From Perna viridis (taxonomy: Eukaryota): DNA of 64,000 nt. The notes beneath the pieces are model-generated. The model was not told where the DNA came from. It saw only the letters and a list, made by a program, of their open reading frames with translations, and searched no databases. Below are positions 24,312-38,600 of this stretch, in pieces (positions within the stretch are counted from its first letter, which is position 1; each line of letters begins with the position of its first letter). Made by a program: the position numbers and the translations under genes. The stretch is from assembly GCA_037379345.1 (NCBI GenBank), contig CM074515.1, positions 33,855,801 to 33,919,800 of the forward strand, read 5' to 3'.

Positions 24312-25995
24312 GTAATGAAGACTTAATTAATTCTGTTGATTAAATGTTAATTGCAAGTTTTCCTGGTTTTCAATTTTTGGTTCAAACAATAAATTATAAA
24401 TCTAAACAAAATGTTAGTTTTGTTCTTAAAACATTACAGCGAAAAATATAGTTAACTTCACAGGAAAGAGTTTGTGTTTCCTTCATTAAATTACAATCAC
24501 CTAATGAACTTCCTTAAGTAGCTACATGGACAGTTTACAAAGAGATTTAAACTTTCTATCAAACTTAAAATAAAATAGAAAGATATGTAGATTATTAGGC
24601 AGATCTTGGAAGGGGAGGGGGGCTTCTTAATGAAAATAGTGTGTTAATGTGTGTATTAAAATGTGCTTATTAAGGATTTTTTGGGGCTCCCTTTTGGGCC
24701 CCTTAGGTCATTCTTTGGATCCGCCACAGTATACCTGTGAAATGATAAAAAAGAATTAAATCTCCTTGTTAATTGTACAATTATCTACCTGAGAAATTTC
24801 ATCAGCTAATGATCATTCAACTAAGAGAAGACCAGCTCTATTCCCTGAAGTTAACTTTATCATTTGCTGTAAAGATCAATTGACTATCATTGATGTAATA
24901 CTAAAGTGAACAACTTAATTTTGTTAACCACTTAAATTTGAAACCCACAAATTGATGTATTTCCAGTTGTGGTTTGTTCTGAGTGCTGTGATCTAAATGT
25001 TGTTGTTAATCATAACTTGTGTGAAAATTATTTATAGCTGATATAACATTTGTTCAGATTTTGGTGAATTTTTGAGAAATGCCTCTATTTCTACATCTTA
25101 TATTATGATTCACCTATCTGATGTCATTTTTATAGTCTTAGATGCAAATTTTTCACAGAAAAAAATTTCATGTAGCTGTATTTATGAACCAATATTTATG
25201 TCCTAGTTCTTTCTTTGACTAGTTTTATAAGTGAAATGATGTGAATTCTGTATACTTATTTTTGTGTCTGTAAACAGATGCAATATCTTACATACAACAT
25301 TTTAACAATATTGACTTAAGTAGTAATTGCTTTTCATTTCATTGGGAAAAAAAAATTGTGTTTAAAAGTTATTTAATTTCTTTTTGATTGAAATTTTGGA
25401 AGATGGAAATAGGCTTAGTAGAACAATAACTATTTAATTCTTTGATGTCTTGGATTGGCTATTTTACGTTACGAGCAGGCAACATCATGTAATCTTTGGC
25501 AATATCATGATAATTAATAATGCAGAATGATGATTGTCATGTGACTACCTCTAGTCCAATCAAAATACTGGTATAAAATCTGATATGAAATAAAATATGT
25601 TGCAGTATTGCAGGATGAAGTCAGATCTTTTCAAAGAAAATCATAAAGCAACATTTTATTGGTAAAACAACCTACTAACTGTTATTGTCTGCCTTGTAAA
25701 AAGCTTAGAGAAAACAAGAAAGTTAAAACTTGACATTTCTCATTTTTGAAATACAATTTTTGCAAATTAATGTCACATTTAAAGCTTTAACAAGCCAGAA
25801 TAAAAATTAATAGTGTTGAACTTAAAAAGTTTTTGTGAAGTGTGGCTAATAAAATTATATCATATTTTATGAAAAAAAGTGGTTGACAATTATAGAAAAA
25901 CAGTGAAACTTGTCTAAACTGAACCACTTACTTTAAAATAGGTTCAGTGTATACAGGTGTTCAGATTACTAAGGTAACAATTAAAGTACATTTAA

Positions 25996-26206
25996 GGAGG
26001 TAGACCTAGGGTAAGGGAAATAACTCTTGAAATCAGTGATATGTTTGTATCATATTCAATTTCATCAAAGCCTATCAAGCTTTCGTTTGAAATAGAATGA
26101 AATCAGACCAAGTTATGTTGATGTTTACATGAGATTGATGTAAAATGTGAATATAAATGTTCCAATGATTTGTAAGAGTTGTGTCCCTTACCCTAGGTCT
26201 ACCTTC
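25996..26206. mobile_element. Kolobok-type TTAA MITE (K1)
   Basis: TTAA on the left, TIRs largely intact. Confidence 0.85.
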
Positions 26207-26417
26207 ATAAATTTATATATAGGAACTTTGAACAGTGTCTGGTTTGGACAGGTTTTTGGTTAGTAAGGGTTTGGTATAGACAGGTTTCACTGTTTACATC
26301 TTCTCAAGAGGGCTGGGAGAGGATTCTGGTAAATGCAAAAAAAAACATGTTTAAGTATTTTTTATTAGGAAATTTTAACACTTGCCTCTTTGTTTACTAA
26401 AACAATTGTTGATTTAA

Positions 26418-26630
26418 GAAGATAGACCTAGGGTAAAGGACACAACTCTTGCAAGTCATTGGAATGTTTGTATTTAGGCTCTTTATATCAATCTCATGAA
26501 ATCATCAAAGTAACTTGGTCTGATTTCATTCTGTTTCAAATGAAGGCTTGATAGGCTTTGGTGAAATTGAATATGATACAAACATAATACTGATTTCAAG
26601 ATTTATTTTTCTTACCCAAAGTCTACCTCC
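26418..26630. mobile_element. Kolobok-type TTAA MITE (K1), opposite orientation to the 25996 copy
   Basis: TTAA TSD, TIRs. Confidence 0.85.
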
Positions 26631-27855
26631 TTAAATAGAAGGCCTATGACAATAAGATATGAAGCATTTGGTTAATATTTGATTTGTGTGGACATAAAAA
26701 TAATCAAAATATTATTTGAAAATGTATGAGGGACATTTACAAAAATTAGCTTAAGTTGCCCACTTCACATAAATTTCTGTTTTTAAATTCACTTAATATT
26801 CACATTAATTAACATCACATCAAAATGTGTCAGTGAAGGGATATTAACATAGGGGCAAGGTTTGTATCTTAACCGTTGGTGATAAAAGAGGCATCCAATA
26901 CAGATGAAATTTTCTCTTTTTCAAATAAATCCTTTTGGCAATAAATACAAAAGTGCCAATCTTATAAATATTGTTAATTTCTGTATGTTTCCGAATATAT
27001 AGGAATTTCAATATCCACATGTATAAAAGTATAAAATTGCATTGAAATGTATGATGGGTTGTACAGTGTTTAGGACTTACCGTAGTTATTCCCATTAACT
27101 TATCATTTAATTTTAGGGAAGGGGGAGGGAGGGTGGGGGTGGTCGGGGCCATGTTTGCACTTCTAGTTTGGGCAAAATAAACTGGTTTCATCTTATTGAG
27201 AATTTAAATTTATCCTGTTTGTTTTTTAGCTTCCTGAAAATGATTGTATTAAGCATCAGTTTATATGTAAGATTCTGCTTGGAAGATCATGACATTTATA
27301 ATTCAGAAAATTGCATGATTCTACTACACAGCACAAATTCCCCAACCTAATATTCACTATATTTTCAGAATAAAACAAAACCTAGCAAAATCTACATGGA
27401 TGTTAAAAAAGTTATTGAGTGTATAATAATTTTGAAACATCCAAATCTTTGCTGAATCAGATTACTGTTTATTCAGAAATTTTTGCTATGTATTTATTTT
27501 TGCAAAATATGTGACTTCCCTCAAAATCACAATAATTTAAATTCACATTATGCAAGTTATAACATTACCATTGGGGGTGTTTTCTACAAAATGCAGAAAT
27601 TAAAATTGCATTTTTGGCTTCAAAGACAAAATTGAAATAATTGAATTATTACATGCAATAATTTCTGAATTTACAGTATATACATGAACTGATCATGGGG
27701 CACAATTTGTTTTTAAATAGGAGGGTTAAATACACTGATTTTGCCATTGAGGGTTCTATTGTTAACCTTTTATAGTAGTTCTAGAAAATATAGTGAATTC
27801 ACCAGAAGGAAGTTGTGTTTTTTCAAATGATGCATTGACAAAATATACTTATTTA

Positions 27856-28270
27856 GGCCATAGTAAAAATATCCTAGATTCTCATCCCTGTTTGACTGGA
27901 TTTTTCACACCTGCCCTAATTTTTTTTTAATTTTCAAAATGGATTTTTAAAATGATTTTCCTACTCAAATTTCTGGAAATATTCCATGTCTTAATAAATG
28001 TCTATAATTTGTTGTTATTTAGAAACTTCTGGCTTGAAAATCATAATTTCTCGCTATTTCTTTTTAAAACTGTTCCAAATTTTATAAACTGGTATAAGTG
28101 TAGCAGTAGAAAATATATACTATGATTGCGCTATTTCAATACCTTTTTGCAGGTAAAATGGATCACCAAGCTCACATAGATGGTCATGTCTTTTACAACA
28201 ATACTAGTTTTTTTGGCACTAGTTTTCAGAAAAGTTGGATGAGAATCTAGGATTTTTTTTATTATGGCCT
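27856..28270. mobile_element. PIF/Harbinger-type MITE
   Basis: TTA flanks; ~32-bp TIR GGCCATA.TAAAAA.ATCCTAGATTCTCATCC. Confidence 0.7.
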
Positions 28271-28949
28271 TATGTATGATATGTGTAAAACTGTAGGATT
28301 GATACTATTGTTTTCAGATACTGAGGATACTTATGTGTTCTCAATGACTGTAAATTCTCCATTTTGAATATCTCCTGTCTGTAAAATTGTACATGACCCA
28401 GTCACTTTAATTCAGCACAGGTGGGTCTAAGAGGGGAAGGGGAGGGAACAGTTTACTCAATTGAAAATTTTTGAAAGGTTAATGATGAAATATTGGAAAA
28501 TATTCAGAAAGCCATTTAATATTTTTCTTTAAAATGCTGAGAAGTAACAAGAAAGCAATATATAATGAGAATGGATTTGGTAAATATGTCAAAGAGACAA
28601 CAACCCCACTGGGATGAGAATTGTCAGCTCAAGGCCAACCATGGGGTCTTCAAACTATAAAGCATTTTTTTTTATTTAGCATTGTATTATAGACATGACT
28701 GAATATGCTGCATTTTTGAGAGAAAAAAATCAAGGACCCCCACCCCACCTTTTGTGAAATTCTGGATCTGCCACAGACTAGTATATAATTTTTTTTCTAA
28801 ATTTTAAGAAGAGGAACTCACTTGGAAAAAGTACTCTTAAGCTCCTTTTGTGAGTCAGGTCATGTTTGGTACCATTAAAATGACTCTTTCATAAACTTTT
28901 AGATTGACACTTGAGGCTACTCACTAAGCATGATATTCTGGTAAATTAT

Positions 28950-29242
28950 AACAGCAAGTAAAATAGTTAATTTTAGGGAATATAGTAGATCTTCCCTTGA
29001 TTAAATAGCAATCACCTGATGAGGAGGTTAATCAGGCAATTGACATAGAGATTTAAACTCTATGTCAATTATCCTCAAACTTCTATCAAACTTTGACTAA
29101 AGTACCTATGGAATGATTGCATGTTTAAATATCTCATTGTTAATTGTCCAGGTAACTACCAAAGGAAGTTCATCAGGTAATTTTCATTCAATCATGGGAG
29201 GACAAACTCTATTCCCTGAAGTTAACTATTTTACTGGCTGTA
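28950..29242. mobile_element. Palindromic TA-flanked MITE (family P, CAGC...GCTG, long TIRs); representative copy
   Basis: Arms gttaa(c/t)tt(c/t)agggaata...acctgatga...gagatttaaact; other copies at about 5145-5802, 6950-7249, 7344-7593, 14750-15008, 19469-19622, 24435-24871, 42810-42997, 53194-53500, 56360-57537, 59531-59740, 61570-62595. Confidence 0.75.
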
Positions 29243-29544
29243 ATTGTGTGGTAGTGTTAGAACATCTTGGCTTAGTGAATCTTTCTGCTGACTGCAGCTT
29301 TCCATATTCATATCAATGAAATTAGATGAACCGTTGTTTTTTTTTGGGGTGTTCTGTTTCTGTTTTTTAGGTGCCTGTTATGGAAAATTATGAACTGAAG
29401 TAATCGTCTTATATTTCCCTCACACAGGAAGTGGTTGTTTGTATTGATTTTTACCAGTTTATTTGTTTGTCTGATATTATAATATACATTAGCCATGAAA
29501 AGTATATTTCTTTGTTCTTTATATAATTTTTATACATCTTTTAA

Positions 29545-29755
29545 GGAGATAGACCTAGGGTAAGGGACATAACTCTTAAAAATCATTGGAACGTTTGTAT
29601 TCACCATTTTACAACAATCTTATGTAAGCATCTAATCAACTTGGATTCATTTTATTCTGCTTCAAACGAAAGCTTGAGAAGTCTTGGTGAAATTGAATAT
29701 GATGCAAACATATCTCTGATATATCTGACATATCCCTTACCCTAGGTCTACCTCC
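29545..29755. mobile_element. Kolobok-type TTAA MITE (K1)
   Basis: TTAA TSD, TIRs. Confidence 0.85.
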
Positions 29756-30316
29756 TTAAAGTTTCTGAAATAAAGACCATAATTTCTTTATAAAAAAGCA
29801 ACAAAATACAATCCCCTCGCCCCCCAAAATTTAAAAACGTTAATTCAGACTTCACTTAAAATGCCTTGGTAAGCCAACAGTAGATTATTGACATTCCTAG
29901 CTAGAATGAAGGAGCAAATTAGCTTTTAACTTAAGTAAGGGCTGAAACTGCATTATTTTCAAGTCTAATACAGTTGCATGTTTTTGATAATGAGAGATCA
30001 CAACTGCTAGAAGTTAATAGTTTGCTTAGAAAATGAATATGCCTTAAGTTGAAGCTGTTATAATAATCTAAAGGTTGTTAAATCTTGCCTATGTTGACTT
30101 TAAGTCCTTCTTTTATGTTTTGTATAAATGTACCCTTACCATCTACTTTACTTATAGTTAAACATTATAATTTGAGGAAGCCCTTTTATGAAACTTCAAC
30201 TCGACTTTGTAGATCAATTTGAAAGGGAAAATATCATATTTCAGAAGTCAAAATGATGTGTTGGTGCAACATGTATCATGTAATTTCACATGGTTATTTG
30301 ATTTTTTTGTTTACAG

Positions 30317-30714
30317 CCGAGGTTAGCTCTTCACGGCCTGTTTCCATGTTTGTCAAACCAAATAAGGACATGAGAACTGCGGAAACTGTTTTACCTGCTT
30401 CAAAATCATCCAGCGACCTCAGAGAAACTGGTGAACCACTTCTCAAGGACTTGAAGAAAATTATTGAGGATGAAAAAGATGAAAAAGATGATAAGGAAGA
30501 AGTGCAGACAGGGGAAAGTAATGGGGAAAAAGATGAAATGGGACAATTAGGGACTGGGGAAAGTAACAAGGAAAAAGATGATGTAATTCAAAATAAAACT
30601 GAAGATGAGCAAAATGGTAGTGGTAGTGGAAAAGATTCAACTGAAAGTGTAAATGAAGCTGATTCTGAAGACACTGATAAAACAGACTTTGAAACAGATG
30701 TTATAATGGTCTGA
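30317..30714 (+). CDS. CARMIL: CARMIL terminal coding exon (AEVSSSRPVSMF...TDVIMV*)
   Basis: tttgtttacAG acceptor, phase 1; acidic tail ending in hydrophobic VIMV-stop, like CARMIL1 EFIFV (recalled). Confidence 0.85.
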
Positions 30715-31841
30715 GTTTTTTTTTTATTTTCTAAGAAATACTTAAAGTTTCATCAAAATGTTGTGATTTAAAATAAACCATAGATGCTTCATGAGAAGCT
30801 TCATACTGCATGCTATAAGCAGCAAAGAATATTTCCAAAGATTGTGATTAAAGCCAAAATTTTATATAGATATACATATTCTTTTTCACATGCTTACAAA
30901 GGCTGTATCATGTTTGATTTTTTTTAAATATGCTTTGATGTGAGGAATGAAATTAGTTCCTGAAGCTTTATGTTTTAAAACTAAAATAGTCACCACTGCT
31001 GATTTTTCTTTCTGCACTATTTAGTTGAGTCTTATTCCTCTAAGTATTGGGTTTGTTAGGGGATGCAAGAATAAAATCAAAATTGCTGAACTTTAGCAAA
31101 GCGAGGTTTTCTTTGATATAAACAGGTGCTTCATATTGTCTGCTGAAATAGTGCAATAATTTTTCTATTAACTATACCTTATACATTGTTATGCTGTTTT
31201 TTAATTGTTTTTGTTTGTATGGTTATGTACAGAGTATATATTGCCATGAGTGTATTATAAATACCTAGTAAATATGAAAATATGAATTCATTCTGTAACA
31301 TACATGCTAACCTTTTTGGAACTTAAAGTGGTAGGAGGATCTGGGGGAGCAAAATAATTTTTTTATCTTGGAAGCAAAATGCTGCATCCTGGGCACATTT
31401 TGGAGGATAAAAAACACCTGATAAGGGGAGTGAAAACTTACCATTTTGTTCATAATATTTGCTCATCTCCCCGATTTTTTTTATGATGAAGAAAAATGCT
31501 GCATCCTGCTGGGTATATTTTTGAAAGAAAGCGCACCAATAAACTTTTTTTATTGGTACATATGTATTTATATAGCCAATGAAAAGGTCGGGGTATATAC
31601 TATATGGGACATGCATTTCACTCCCGTTTATTAAACTCCCCCAGTAATGGCAAAGTTGTCACATTATGGACCCGACCATAACATAGAGTTGAATTAAGTA
31701 AAGATGAAAAAAAATTGGTAATCAATTTTGGAATCAGTAGAAAAGTTTCTGAAGTTGGTAGGTGGTAGAAACACCAAAAAATCGGTAGACTACCACCTAA
31801 AACAGTAGGGCTGGCATGTATGCTGTAAGCACGAAGCACAT

Positions 31842-32012
31842 CTGGGCCAGATGCAGACGCTTTAAAAGAGGGGTGCCAGCCAATGTTTCTCAGAAAAAGG
31901 GCACTGTTAGGACGTTATTTGCCATTTTTTGACAATTTTACACATGACAATGACAAATTTTCCGATTAAGGAGGTGCCAACACCCTGCACCCCCCCTCTG
32001 GATCCGCCACTG
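31842..32012. mobile_element. MITE with GGCGGATCCAG-type TIRs and 5-bp TSD
   Basis: TSD cacat on both sides; right TIR CTGGATCCGCCACTG. Confidence 0.75.
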
Positions 32013-33786
32013 CACATCGAAGCATTGGATTTTTTGGGGGGGGTAGGGGTGGGAGGTAATTGTTCTATATTCTTGGTTCATGTGGTTATTCATTTTGTTG
32101 AATTTTAAAGATTAGTATCTATACTAATTGATGGTGAGTTTTCTTTCCCGTTCATCTGTTTGGTGTTTTTATCCTGCTATGCCAACATAAGCAAATTATT
32201 TGTGTTTAAAAATTTTTATAAAGGATTTTTTCAACTATGAAAAATATAAGTTATGTAAGTTGTAAAAAGGAAAAATTATTTTTACATCACAGTGAAGAAA
32301 ATAAGAAAATTTCCTTATTTCTGATGAATAAATGAGTCCTGTTAAGAGTAATTTAAGTAAAATGACATTAATAAGAGTTATTATAAAACAGAAAACAAAG
32401 AGAAACATGAAAAGAACATTGGTTTGACAAACATTTAAGAGTTGCACTTATTTAAATTTATTTTACTGTGAAAGTTTTATTGTTCTTTGGTTATCAATTT
32501 TGTTGGTTTTCATGGATCTGGTAATCCATTAAATTTGGTTCCCAACAAAAAGGAAATTTTCAATACATTTGTAAAGTGGACTTGTCAGATCCATGAATTA
32601 AAGAATCTACGAACTAACATTTTTTTCCTAAACCATGAAAATTGGTACCCTCGAGTACATATGCTTATACAATATCTTTTTTTGAGAATGTAATTTCAAT
32701 ATCTTTAAGTAATAGTCTTTGTAAGAATCATGCATTATCTGAAAAATGTGATACACTCCATACATATTTTTATTTTTGTAATTAAGTTGTTTTATGGGAA
32801 TATATTATGAAATGTGTAATTATTCATTCAAATCTGCCTGCTCTTAGGAGATAATCAACATTGAAAATCCAGTAGATTCTATTGTATTTGAGTGTCATTT
32901 ACAGAGTTATCTTCCTTAATTTTGAAATCTACAGTGCATTCTATATAATTTTTATCTCCTAAGAACACAGATTATATGAAGAACTGAATGTAAATTTCTG
33001 TTTACTATGTCTATTCAAACAAAATATCAAAAATAAAAATATATATACTTTTTAACCCATGAATCACATTTTGCATGGTTCTTAGCTGGAATACTACTTA
33101 ATGTGTAATCGGGTAGCAAGTATCTTTTAAAGAGTTTGAAAAAGAAACTATTAAGGTAACTAATTTGTTTCTATTTTAATTTTCATTTCTAAGATACTAG
33201 TCATGTACTATTTATAGTATTTTTGTATGTGTTGATTTGAAAAACAACAAATACAATGTACTATTCTCATTAATTAAATATTGATGTGTTCATTGGTATT
33301 CATGAAGGAAGATTTTTTTTAAAGGTTATTTTTCACAAGTTAATTGAATGTCTACCATGTGAAGTTATAGGATTAAGAGCATTAAAATCTCAGAATTGTA
33401 AGGAAAAAACACAGATTTATTTTAAAAAGTTTCCATAATTTAAAAAAAAAAGTCAGTAAATATGAAATGGATATTCTTCAAATAATTATATAAATATTCA
33501 TTTTTATTCTTGTCTAAATAATAAACTGATGATATATTATGGTAAAATAAAATAAAAGGACTTTTATAATAAGATAAAGTTAATTTATGACCTATATTCA
33601 CAATGTATTATTAAATTATTTATTTTGATATATGTGGATACAAGTTAATCATAAATACCAACATGCTGCTTAGAAATTCTAGAGGAAGAGAAAGTAAGGG
33701 TCATTTTTAAATAGTGTAAAATTTGGAATAATTGGTTCATGTACAGTAATTGAACAATATAATCTTATTATATAAATGGTATTTAA

Positions 33787-33992
33787 GGAGGTAGACCTAG
33801 GGTAAGGGACACAACTCTTACACATTGTTGGAATGTTTGTATTCACCATTTTACATCAATAACATGTAAGCATCAAAGTAACTTGTACTGATTTCATTCT
33901 GCTTCAAAGGTAAGCTTGAAAGGCTTTGGTGAAATTGAATATGATACAAACATATCACTGATTTCAAGAGTTACGTTCCTTAACCTAGGTCT
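33787..33992. mobile_element. Kolobok-type TTAA MITE (K1), right TIR truncated
   Basis: TTAA-GGAGGTAGACCTAGGGTAAGGGA start; body matches the family. Confidence 0.8.
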
Positions 33993-34994
33993 TAAATAAA
34001 AAAAAAAAAATTGAAGGTAGTTTTCTATATAATGTAAATCATACTTAAAATTGAAATAGTTGGAAAGCTTAATATTCTGTTTCAAAATAAAGAAAAGAAA
34101 ACTGCAAATAAAGATTTTTTTTTGTTATTGAAATGATTGAGCTAATAGAATGATGAGAAAAAAAAAACATATTGCATTATTATACAATTGTGCTATTTAT
34201 TACTTAGTGTATCATTAAAAGTTATATTGTACACATTTATAAAATATTATACATAATCTGTATAAATGATTTGTAGTATATATCAAAGGACTAATTTTGA
34301 TATTTCATGATTCTTGATATGAATTTTAATTTTCTGTCTTCAACCTGGTAGTGCAAATGTTTTTAGGTGTGAGCAACCTTTCACAAAAATTTCATTCATT
34401 GTTCATGTATTGTAATTCACGAAGAAATGTTGATTATTCTTTTGCTATGGATATTTTGTTTTTGTTTTTATTAAGTTGTAAATATGGGGATATATAAATA
34501 GCAAAATGTAGAGTTAACTTTTGAATCTTACAGAACTTTCCCTTGTGAGAAACTGTAAGTAGCAGTATGTAGGGGTCAATTTTGAATCCTTTAGAGCTTA
34601 ATACTGTCAGAACCTGAGATTATTAGTGGGGCAAATAGTAGTTCTTGTAGACCTACTCCTGTTGAAAACTAAAAAATAGCAATACATGTATTTATTTGAG
34701 GCCACTTGTGATTCTTGTTTTACTTACTCCCATTAGAAAGTGAAAGTAGCAATATTGAAGGGGCCAATTGTGAATCTATATAGCTTACTCTTTTACGAAA
34801 CTTAAACTAGAATGTAGAGGACTAGTTTCGAATCATATAAGAGGTACCCCCAGCAACTCCGGGAAGGAAACTAAGCTAAACGGATGGAAATGTCGATTTA
34901 AGCTAGGAATCATTTTAGAATGTAAAGGGAATTTATCTTTTAGAACTTATTATTTAAAAGAGAGAACAAAATACACATTAAATAAAGTTGTTAA

Positions 34995-35310
34995 GGGGCC
35001 AGTGATGAACAGGAAAGGATTAGGTAAGTTACCTAGTGTAGGTGAAATGCATTTAGTGTGTCAGTAGTTCAGAAATGTTTTGATTAGATTATCAAAATTA
35101 AAATAGGGGCCAATAATGAACCTAAAAGGAATTGGTAAGATACCTAGTGTAGGTGAAATGCATTAAGTGTGTCAATAGTTAGAAATATTTTGATTAGATT
35201 ATCAAAATTAAAATAGGGACCAATAATAACCTGAAAGGACTTGATAAATTAGCTAGCTTAGGGAAGATGCATTTTGTGCTTCAGTAGCTCAGAAAAGTTT
35301 TGATAAAATC
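34995..35310. repeat. ~110-bp tandem repeat x3, preceded by a decayed ~60-bp repeat (about 34500-34850)
   Basis: Recurring ggggcca.t.atgaac...cctagtgtaggtgaaatgcatt...gattagattatcaaaattaaaata. Confidence 0.75.
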
Positions 35311-35822
35311 ATATCATCCAGAATTAAATTAAGAAATCCTGTAGGAAACTAATCTGATTTAGTTATAGACAGGACCCTCAAATGAAACATACAAAAACAT
35401 TATTCCATAATGAGTAGTGCTTGACTTTTGAATTTGTACATGTACTTATGTTTTTTTGTCGTCATTTTTTTTGAAAAGCATGGTTGAATCAGAATAACAT
35501 TTTATGTCACTTCTTTAAGTCATGAAGACTATTAAAATAATTTAGGGTTTGTTATTTCAGCATGTTTTTGTTTTCGTTTTTTTCTGCTGTGGAGGTCCTG
35601 AATTTCTTTTTATACTCCCACTACGAAGCAGAGGGGGTGTTTTGTTTTTATTTTAGTTTTTAGACCGAGGTAAAAAAAAAAATGCTCTTTTATGACCAAT
35701 TCTGAAATAATTAATTTTGCACTCAAAATTACATTTATCTGAATAATGAAGCAATAGTATTTAGAAGCCAATTTTGATGAAGTGAACTATTATGTATGAA
35801 GGCTTATTTGTGTTAATAATCA

Positions 35823-36007
35823 AAGGGGTGGATCCAGGATTTGAGTTGGGGGGGGGGGGGGGGCGGGAGGAGTAATTGAATTAAATGCCATGCAAAGCAA
35901 GGCAAAAAATATTATGGGGTGAAACTTGTGGTGAAAAAAATTTTTTCTTACCAATTTAGGGGAGGGGGGGTGTACGCCGGGCACTCCAATACTTGGATCC
36001 GTGCCTG
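35823..36007. mobile_element. MITE with GGCGGATCCAG-type TIRs
   Basis: TIR-like ends; flanks aatca/gatca. Confidence 0.6.
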
Positions 36008-36095
36008 GATCACATATTTGTTTTGTTTAACATAGTCAAATGTAACATAGTCAAATGGCAAGAATTAGCAACATTTTACATGGGAATTTCGTAAA

Positions 36096-36293
36096 TACTG
36101 TGAAAGTATTATTGTTCATTGGGTACCAATTTTCATAGTTTTTCATGGATTTTGTAAACCACGAAATTTGGTTCCAAAGGAAAAGAAAATTTCAAATACA
36201 ATTGTAAGATGAAGTTGTTAAATCCACAAATTCAAGAATTTTTTCCCTAAACAAAACAAATTGGTACTCTCGAATAAAAGTATGTTCACAGTA
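36096..36293. mobile_element. Tc1/mariner-type TA-flanked MITE
   Basis: TACTGTGAAAGTATT...TTCACAGTA with ggtaccaattttc subrepeats; related copies at about 18271-18480, 32464-32665 and 46645-46750. Confidence 0.65.
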
Positions 36294-37519
36294 TTTCTAC
36301 TAGTTATTGTTTTGTTGGGAACAATATTTACTTTGAGTTACTACATGTATTATGGAGTACATGTACTTATTATTATTCTTTATTATTGTTAAGATTTTCA
36401 TCATAAATAATCCAGTTACATGTATCTGTGTTCGACATAATGCTTGAAATATTGTACATTAAGAAGTCAGGACATGCATTTATAGGGTAATATTCATTGT
36501 GACAATGAAGAAATCCTGACGGCATACATGTTGATTTTGTTTTTTTACAAAATGAGGAATAATTCACATATGTTTTCATACTGGCAAAAAATTGAAGCTG
36601 ACAGTTTTGGTAACATATATGCAGCATTTGCATTTACACTTAATGTTAAAATACTTATATGGAGTATAAGTCCTTAATTCTTTCATTTTAATTGATATCT
36701 GCTGAATTTCAAAGAAAAATCAAATTTCAACATTCTATGCAATAATGTATTCAGATACTCCTGCAGAATAACAAAGAGTTGCGATATATACGATATTTAT
36801 ATGACCATTTTTATTACTTGCACATTTATATTATATATGTATATATATATAATATGTTTATTAACATTAAACATGTATTGTTATGTTTTCTGTGTCTTTT
36901 TTAAAGCACTAAATGTGAACTAAAATAGTATATTCCAGTCAATGAGTGGATGGTATATTGATATCACATTGTCCATCCATTTTTCATTCCATCGGCCAGT
37001 ATTAGATTGACCACTGGTTGATTCAAAATCAAAATAGTGTGTCCAGTGGTGGCATCCCTGCCTGTGGGCTGTTGCTTCTGTGAATTAACACAATTAAGAC
37101 CTGGTTAAGCAGAGTCTGCCTAGTACAAACAGGGTCTATTCCATTGGTCAAATGCTCTCCTCCTGAAATGCATGAAATATCAGCCATAGGATATAGAACC
37201 ATAATCAATCAATCAATCCAATGAATCATTAAGCAGTTCACTAATTATGTCTAAATGTTTACCAGAACAAAATATCGGCAAAAAATACTGAGTCTGAGTC
37301 ATTGTGACAATTTAAATACATTATAATCAAAGTTCATTGCCTGAAAATGAAGATATGGAACAAAGACATTATACATTCAAATTGTGAACCAAAAAAAATC
37401 GATTACCTGGAAAAGGATCTCTGTTTATTCAAGGATGTTAAACCCCCCACCCCCCAGTCAGTCACAGAAGGATCTGATGAATCACCCTATCATATTTCAT
37501 TACTTTTTCTACAGTGTGT

Positions 37520-37790
37520 GATATGATTTGAGATTTGACCAGTGAGTGACGAGTGGAATTACGATTGCTAGGATCTGAGGTTTGAGCGGTGAGTGACGAA
37601 TGAAATCATGGCTTGATATGATTTCAGGTTTGAGCGATGAGTGATGTGTGGAATCGTGGCTATTATCATTTGAGGTATGAGTAGCGAGTGGGATCATGAC
37701 TAATATGATTTGAGTTATAACAGAATCATGTCTGATATAATTTAAGGTTTGAGTGGTGGGTGTTTAGTGGAATCATAACTGAATTGATTT
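37520..37790. repeat. Degenerate ~47-bp tandem repeat
   Basis: Recurring gatatgattt.aggtttgagcg.tgagtgacgagtggaatcatg. Confidence 0.6.
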
Positions 37791-38394
37791 TAGTTATTTA
37801 ATTTTTTCTTTACTCTGTGTATTATTTAATTCAATTCATGTTATACATGTTTTTTTGTCTGTTTTGTTGGTCTAGTTTTGTCCTCCATATCCTTTTCTCC
37901 CTATCCATGAAAATGTCAAATATTGATTGAAATCAAAACCCTGATAATATGCACATCTTTAATCCATATATAATCATTCTGTAAAGTATCAACTTTCTAA
38001 CCTAAATATTGTAAGAGGAAGTTACCTGGAATAGACAAGTACTCTATTCCCTCAAAATGGTGACAAAGACAAACCCAACTATCCACAAAAATGACAAATA
38101 TTGACAGAAATGAAAAGTCGGACAATATGCACATCTTCTATCCATATATAATTATTCTGCAAAGTATCAACTTCATACCCTAAATACAGTGAAAGGAGGA
38201 CGGATGGATAGGAGTAAAAAAATATGCCCCCAACTGAATGTTGCTGGGGCATAAAAAAGACTGATAAAACTCATAAAAAGAAACACAAAAAAAATGTTTC
38301 TTCAAAACAAGAAAAATAGGACCCCAGACTCAATGTTAAGTCCAGGACAGACAAAAGAAGGAAGAAAAACTATGACACAGTGAATTAATTGGTT

Positions 38395-38600
38395 CTCACG
38401 GTGCAGATGGATACACTGTTAGAATCCACAAGTTCAAGCCATGAAACTTCTGTAGTGATGACTGCAATCTTCTAGCAACATAACTTAGCTCCAGAAGCCT
38501 TATCATAAGAAGTCTAGCACAGTACAAAAAGTCTGCGTAGTTAACTGCAAGCTCTGGCATAATGTATGGGTTGTGATATGAATGTGCACTATACATCATT
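38395..38600 (-). mobile_element. Decayed Penelope-like retroelement fragment (RT C-terminal region)
   Basis: Translation YADFLYCARLLMIRLLELSYVARRLQSSLQKFHG resembles the PLE motif Y.DFL.R..LL..KLL.QGY...L..SL.KFYG (recalled); frameshifted. Confidence 0.6.

Noticed and set aside
28142-28158. Recursive-splice-like site tttttgcAG|GTaaaa
   Set aside because: Lies inside a Harbinger-type MITE in a modest-sized intron; probably chance.
28318-28420. Extra CARMIL exon (ttttcAG ... cAG|GTGGGT)
   Set aside because: In-frame TGA in the required phase, and the donor lies in a MITE end; no further support.
30294-30569. 91-aa antisense ORF over the last CARMIL exon
   Set aside because: Shadow ORF of a low-complexity acidic coding sequence.
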